From: Nitrososphaeria archaeon
Lineage (GTDB): Archaea > Thermoproteota > Nitrososphaeria > Nitrososphaerales > JAAOZN01
Length of the DNA stretch: 64,000 bases
Assembly (NCBI GenBank): GCA_029775855.1
Contig: JARVJZ010000004.1
Location: 146,288-210,287 of the forward strand
Reading direction: 5' to 3'
In this document: one piece after another, positions 59,138 through 64,000 of the stretch
Layout: each line of letters starts with the position of its first letter
Position numbering within the stretch: the stretch's first letter is position 1
Made by a program: the position numbers and the translations under genes
The notes under the pieces: model-generated
What the model was told of the DNA's origin: nothing
Seen by the model: the letters and a program-made list of their open reading frames with translations, nothing else
Database searches by the model: none

Positions 59138-60295
59138 TTAACTTTTGGCTGTTATAGTAAGGAACTTCGTTATCCTTCTCGCACCTTCTTCAACCTTATC
59201 TATAGAGGTAGCGTATGATATGCGGATGCATCCTTCACCAAGCTTACCGAAAGCAGAGCCAGGAACCACAGCTACACCAATCTCCTTAATCATCTTCATA
59301 ACTAGATCTTTGGATGGGATTTCTATTCCTTTGAGCCGTGGGAAGAGGTAGAAGGCACCCTTAGGCTTCTTAAAAGATAGATAAGGGCAATCTGAGAGGA
59401 TGTTGCATAAAGTATCTCTTCTTCGCCTATATTCACGCAACACATCGTCAAAGAAGCTCTGTTGCGAGTGGAGAGCTTCAACCGCTGCCTTCTGGATGAA
59501 GGATGGTATGCACGCGCTACTATACATCTGCACCTTAGCCATCTGCTCTATAACTTCTGGTGGAGCGGCAACATAACCTAATCTCCAACCTGTCATAGCA
59601 AAGGCTTTCGAGAGGCTGTTTACCGTGATGACGTGTCCTTTAAAGTCTGGTACGCTGGCTGGGCTGAAGTGCTTACCCTCATACACAAACTTCTCATACA
59701 CCTCGTCTGAAATTATCATCAAGCCATTCTCTACCGCTATTGAAGCTGCTTCCTTAATCTTCTCAGCATCAGAGACAGCGCCTGTAGGGTTTGAAGGTGA
59801 GTTCAGTATAAGAATCTTCGTCCTCTTGGTTATGGCTCGCCGAATATTATCAGGCTCTATCGAGTAGTCTTCACCTAAGCCTACTTCAATAGGCACACCA
59901 CCAGCAAGCTTTGTAGCCGCAAAATATTGGACGAAGGCTGGGCTCGGGATGAGCACCTCCTCACCTTCACATAAAAGCGTAGTTAGCGCTAGGTATATCG
60001 CTTGGGTGCCGCCTACAGTAACCATAACTTCACTCTCAGGGTTCACATCTATCCCATTCTCCCTCTTGAGCTTTAATGCCAATGCTTCAAGTAGATCTGG
60101 GTAGCCTTTCGTTGGAGCATAGTGAGTATAACCTTGATCTAAAGCCTTCTTCGCAGCATCCTTTATGAAAGATGGCGTATCTAAGTCAGGCTCACCTATC
60201 GACAAGTTGATTATATCCTTAGACCTCACAACCAAGTTAAAGATAGCCCTAATACCAGACTCCTCAATGCTCAGCACACGTTCAGAAAACCGCAT
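59138..60295 (-). CDS. PLP-dependent aminotransferase class I/II (aspartate aminotransferase-like)
   Basis: GEPD, NPTG, DEVY and SKAFAMTGWRLG motifs. Confidence 0.92.
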   Translation of the reverse strand: MRFSERVLSIEESGIRAIFNLVVRSKDIINLSIGEPDLDTPSFIKDAAKKALDQGYTHYAPTKGYPDLLEALALKLKRENGIDVNPESEVMVTVGGTQAIYLALTTLLCEGEEVLIPSPAFVQYFAATKLAGGVPIEVGLGEDYSIEPDNIRRAITKRTKILILNSPSNPTGAVSDAEKIKEAASIAVENGLMIISDEVYEKFVYEGKHFSPASVPDFKGHVITVNSLSKAFAMTGWRLGYVAAPPEVIEQMAKVQMYSSACIPSFIQKAAVEALHSQQSFFDDVLREYRRRRDTLCNILSDCPYLSFKKPKGAFYLFPRLKGIEIPSKDLVMKMIKEIGVAVVPGSAFGKLGEGCIRISYATSIDKVEEGARRITKFLTITAKS

Positions 60296-60488
60296 ACACT
60301 AATCCCCACCTAACTTATATATTAAAATCACGCTAATCCTAAGCGTCAAAGGTGAAAGAGCTGCAAGCTGTTAAAAAAGAATTTTGCCTGACTAGAGCAA
60401 GATCACCGCAATCCTCCAAACGGAATATCGGTAGCTTATGCATATTACATACACCTACACATTAACCTTTTAAGGTTAGTATGTAAAT

Positions 60489-61016
60489 ATGTGCCGTGTG
60501 AGTCTTGTAGCGGTGGGCTTAACCGGGGCTAGCGGCGCTCTATTAGCTTTAACGGTTCTGGATAAACTTGCACAGAGAGGTTTTGGTATTGCGCTGCTGC
60601 TTTCAGATAACGCTGCTACCGTAGTTAAGCTTGAGCTTGGTTTGAGCAAGAGTGATCTTATAAAGGCTGCAACCTTTGTGGTGGATAGTGTTGACGATCT
60701 TAGGTTAGAGGGTCTCAGAAGTTTAATCGTTGTCCCTTGCAGTGTGAAGACGTTAGCGGGCATAGCTTGGGGGCGCACTGACACCCTTCTACTCAAATTA
60801 GCGAATAAGGTTTTGAATGCAGGCATTAGAACCGTTCTTGTGGTTAGGGAGACGCCTTGGAGTCTAATACACTTAAGAAACATGCTTAGAGCGTGTGAAA
60901 GAGGAGCCGTAATAATGCCCCCAACGATTCAGCCCAAGCCGAATCAAAAACAGTTAAAGGAAGTGGTGGCAGAGCTTGCTGACAAAATAATAGATCTAAG
61001 CCTAAAGGTTGTTTAG
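60489..61016 (+). CDS. ubiX: UbiX-like flavin prenyltransferase
   Basis: GLTGASG, PCSVKTLA.IA.G and RETP..IHLRNM motifs. Confidence 0.78.
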   Translation: MCRVSLVAVGLTGASGALLALTVLDKLAQRGFGIALLLSDNAATVVKLELGLSKSDLIKAATFVVDSVDDLRLEGLRSLIVVPCSVKTLAGIAWGRTDTLLLKLANKVLNAGIRTVLVVRETPWSLIHLRNMLRACERGAVIMPPTIQPKPNQKQLKEVVAELADKIIDLSLKVV

Positions 61017-61047
61017 CAAACTACAGAATAGACTTCTTACGATATAT

Positions 61048-61176
61048 TGGCGCCCTGGCCGGGACCTTCAGAGCCGGAGGCTCTTTTGAACCCGGGTCAG
61101 AACGGTGACAGCGTCCTATGCTAGACCGGGCTCTCGGCGGGGAATGCTTATGAGCATACCCCTACACCACCAGGGC
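61048..61176 (-). tRNA. tRNA-Asp(GTC) with introns at 13/14 (61133-61163) and 59/60 (61065-61084); CCA encoded
   Basis: GCCCTGG/CCAGGGC-G-CCA acceptor; GGACG-CT GTC AC-CGTTC; the T-loop intron forms a perfect BHB (TTCA/TGAA). Confidence 0.93.
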
Positions 61177-61240
61177 GCAGATAAGGGCTTAGATTGGGTT
61201 GAAGATAAGATTTTCTTTTAGATGGTTGTGTGGTTGGTAG

Positions 61241-62296
61241 GTGGTTTATTTGATGGTTGGGGTTGCTTCTTCCAAGGGTGTGGTATTGTATGCGCCTTTA
61301 GATGGGTTCGTATCTTTCTTTAACAGCCCTTATAGTCCACATATCGGATTTGCTGCGGTAGATGTCTACACTGGTTCACGAAGGTTCGGCTCTGAAGCGC
61401 CTTCTCCTGTTAGAGGGAGGGTTAGGCGAGTATTTGCTTTTGAGCCTCCTTCTTCAACTTGGTTTGATGCGCCTAAGGTTGAGCAGCTGCTGTTGGTAGA
61501 GTGTGCTGATAATAAAGAGGTTTGGGCGAAGATACTCCACATACAACCTTATGTTAAAGAGGGAGACAAAGTCGACGTCGGTTCGCCTTTAGGGCACTAT
61601 ATTAGAGATGGCTACTTTCACCCTTGGACAGATCCTCATATGCACGTCGAGTTGAGGAGCTGCTCAGATCCGCTTAGAGCTAGGGGTGGCTACCCTCTTA
61701 AACCTTTACACACAAATCAGCTTCGCATCGATGGTGCTTTGGATGGAAAAAGAGGCTATAATGGTATAGTGGACAAGTTAGGTGAACGCTACGCACTAGT
61801 GAAACTGCAGGCACCTTTCGCTTATCTTGAACCTTTCTTTGGTTTAGCTGCGCAAGTAGGTTGCGGTATTGGTTTGGTTGATGGCGGTGTACCACATTAT
61901 CAGTGGGCGGGGGTTTTAGGTGTGGAGAGTGGTAATATATCCGCTGATGTCAAGATTCTCGGCGCATCAATAGGGACAGTGCAGTGCTTAAGCAGAGGGG
62001 CTGCCCTCTTAACCTGTGAAGCCGCCGATGTGTTTGTTGAAGGTTTAAGGTGTGTAGGGTTATCGTGCTACCTCAGCTTAAAAAGAGAAAAGTACGTTAA
62101 GGTCATCTTACCTACAAGCGCTTCTTTGAAGATAGGGCAAAGAGTAAATCTTGAGCTACGCAGAGGGGAAGAACAACTCACAACACGCCTAAATGAAGCC
62201 TTCCAAGGGTTAGTTGAACACGACATCTACTCAAGAAGCCTACTAAGAGATAGGAGAGAAAAGATAGCTCAGTCGTTAAGATCACTTCAAGAGTAA
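61241..62296 (+). CDS. Hypothetical protein with M23/duplicated-hybrid-like N-terminal domain
   Basis: SPH....AVD, SPV.G.V, KILH..P.VK.GD.V..G..LG and DPHMHVE (HxH) motifs. Confidence 0.55.
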   Translation: MVYLMVGVASSKGVVLYAPLDGFVSFFNSPYSPHIGFAAVDVYTGSRRFGSEAPSPVRGRVRRVFAFEPPSSTWFDAPKVEQLLLVECADNKEVWAKILHIQPYVKEGDKVDVGSPLGHYIRDGYFHPWTDPHMHVELRSCSDPLRARGGYPLKPLHTNQLRIDGALDGKRGYNGIVDKLGERYALVKLQAPFAYLEPFFGLAAQVGCGIGLVDGGVPHYQWAGVLGVESGNISADVKILGASIGTVQCLSRGAALLTCEAADVFVEGLRCVGLSCYLSLKREKYVKVILPTSASLKIGQRVNLELRRGEEQLTTRLNEAFQGLVEHDIYSRSLLRDRREKIAQSLRSLQE

Positions 62297-62335
62297 GGTA
62301 GCTTAAACAATAAACAGATGGCTCTCAGGTTGATT

Positions 62336-63054
62336 AGATGATGTTAAGATAAGCCGTTGAGGAGCACCCAGTTGTAGAGGGTGAAGGCTTCTAGGAACTT
62401 AGTATCGATGTGAGGGTTCGTTGGCTGGGAAGCGGTTGTAGAAGGTTTTGAGCTTCGCCTTGAGGGTGCCGAAGCCACCTCTCTATGCGGTTCCTCTCAC
62501 CGAAGGTTCGATGCTGATGCCTTAACCCACGCCTCTCTAGAGCATCCCTGTAGCACGGCCCTTTATCCACGAGTATGATGGGTTTATCCTCACAGAATTG
62601 AAGAACCTGCTTGAGGAAGAGCTCTGCATCAAGACTGCTCCTCGAGAAGGATGCTCTACAGGCTAAGACCTCCTTCATATCCACATCTCTCGCAGCCCAT
62701 ATGAAGAGCTGCTCCCAGCCCAGCTTCCTCTCTGCTTCATCCACAGCTATGCATCTCCGATACTTCCTCTCAGGCCTTGGAAGAGCCCCCTCAAGGCTAT
62801 GAAGGCGTCGTGAACAGCCACATTGGATAAGCCGCCTATGAGCCTTGACGCATTCCTATACGATAAACCTGCAGAGCAGAGGAGGGCTGCAAGAACCTTC
62901 GCCTCCAAAGGCACCCTACCCCTCTAAAAGGCCTTTCCCTCAATCCCTCATCATCTGAAGGGCTGACATACATCAAAGCAGACCCAACAACGACCTTAAG
63001 CACGTTCAACAAAACCCATAGACTAAACAGTCAAACCTTATCTTAACATCATCC
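62336..63054 (-). mobile_element. Decayed IS6-family insertion sequence (about 720 bp)
   Basis: Perfect 17-bp terminal inverted repeats GATGATGTTAAGATAAG (62337-62353) and CTTATCTTAACATCATC (63037-63053); no target-site duplication seen. Confidence 0.88.
62344..62969 (-). pseudogene. IS6 DDE transposase, frameshifted
   Basis: Fragments in different frames: VPLEAKVLAALL..GLSYR, IAVDE, WAARDVD, VDKGP, FGERNRIERW; final stop lies within the left IR. Confidence 0.85.
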
Positions 63055-63055
63055 T

Positions 63056-63475
63056 GTGGAATTCTTTGCATACCTCTTCACAAAAACTCTCTCATTGCCG
63101 CTGTTCCTATCTGTGCTTGCACCAAGCATGGTCGTAACAATCGGCGCAAGCGCCATGAACAACCGGCCGATGACCATCATTGGCCTTTTATCGATAAAGC
63201 ATGCAGCAAACAGCGTTAGCCTAAACTCGCAGAGTCTCACAAGCATGGTTTTCTCAAACATTATTGGAAACAACTTGAGCCCACACTTTTTCCCTCTTGG
63301 ATCTTTAGCAATTTTAATGTGGCTTGAAACAATGCGCCGAAAAGGCGTTGCAATAAGGCTTAGGGATTATTTGAAAGTCGGTTCAGTCGTGTCAATTATT
63401 GAGGTTACTGTAGCATCCCTAGTCTTATGGATGGAACTTACTTTCATAAATTTAAACTTGAACATTCAACTTTAG
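63056..63475 (+). pseudogene. C-terminal fragment of an ArsB/NhaD-family permease truncated by the IS
   Basis: MNN.P, IG.NL.P...PLGSLAILMW...KG motifs; the frame begins immediately after the IS end. Confidence 0.7.
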
Positions 63476-64000
63476 CATTGCACATGCCTTGCTTGCAATT
63501 TATTTACAAGTTGACTTTTATATAGTGATCTGCTTCCCGTAAGAAAATAACTGACAGCAGCGGAAACAACGGTGGGGATTATAAAGCTTGGACCCATAGT
63601 TTCAGCAACCAGAGTTATACTTGTCAAAAGGCTTTTGCTCGTCGCAGCCAGCACTGCAGCCATTGATAATATGACATATAAAACAGGCGTCTCAAGGTTC
63701 AAAGTTTGTGCGTAAATGAGCCCAAGTGTGCCGCCAACATAAAGCGATGGAATGAATAGTCCCCCGTTTCCACCGAAATTCAGTGTTACGCTTGTGGCTA
63801 CAATTTTTAAAATTAAAAGTGCGGTCAAATTTGTCAAAGTTAATTCTCCTAATTCGGCTATTGTGATTTTGTGAATGAAATCGTAACCTAGCCCAAGCGC
63901 TTCAGGGTAAAGCAAGCCTATGACACTGAGAATTAATCCAGCAAATATTGTCATAAGCAACATTGGAAGTCTGCTGGCAAGCCGTTTGCTTATGATGTTT
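63472..64000 (-). CDS. ClC-family chloride channel/antiporter, 5' end outside window
   Basis: LGLGY, GGNGGLFIPSL..G and SLY.SQ motifs; frame stays open to the window edge. Confidence 0.88.
   Translation of the reverse strand, partial: NIISKRLASRLPMLLMTIFAGLILSVIGLLYPEALGLGYDFIHKITIAELGELTLTNLTALLILKIVATSVTLNFGGNGGLFIPSLYVGGTLGLIYAQTLNLETPVLYVILSMAAVLAATSKSLLTSITLVAETMGPSFIIPTVVSAAVSYFLTGSRSLYKSQLVNKLQARHVQC

Noticed and set aside
60463-60478. Near-palindrome TAACCTTTTAAGGTTA
   Set aside because: It matches the AAAAGGTTA BRE/TATA pattern seen at many promoters in this window, so there is no reason to call an operator.
189-63273. Many 60-200 aa ORFs antisense or out of frame to recognised genes (e.g. 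2246-2677, 16578-17027, 28340-28930, 34940-35350, 43295-43786)
   Set aside because: Shadow ORFs lying within well-supported genes, Ser-rich and without motifs.
1-64000. CRISPR array, rRNA, provirus or integrase
   Set aside because: No regularly spaced repeats, rRNA-like segments, or viral/integrase motifs were seen.

Overview
Dense, mostly housekeeping chromosomal DNA from an archaeon. The gene set (full-length Hef, Cbf5-Cmk-EMC3 cluster, split MetRS, four-subunit POR, SufBCD, many TTG/GTG starts with TATA boxes about 25 nt upstream) fits a probably thermophilic TACK lineage, most likely a non-ammonia-oxidising Nitrososphaeria; this placement is an inference. About 70 CDS, 5 tRNA genes, one box C/D guide RNA and one decayed IS6 element are visible; no rRNA, CRISPR array or provirus was found. 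The most unusual signals are in non-coding DNA. (1) tRNA-Ala(GGC) carries three introns, two of them back-to-back at position 15/16 and sharing one BHB strand, which predicts an obligatory splicing order. (2) tRNA-Asp has introns at 13/14 and 59/60. (3) tRNA-Gly(TCC) has a D-loop intron and C33. (4) tRNA-Thr(CGT) has a co-varied A18/G55 elbow. (5) An unannotated dual-guide C/D sRNA lies directly upstream of a LigD-type primase-polymerase. (6) A TATAAC-N3-GTTAT palindrome occurs at both suf promoters. (7) The sufC start region is damaged or non-canonical. All calls come from reading the sequence and recalling family motifs; no searches were run.
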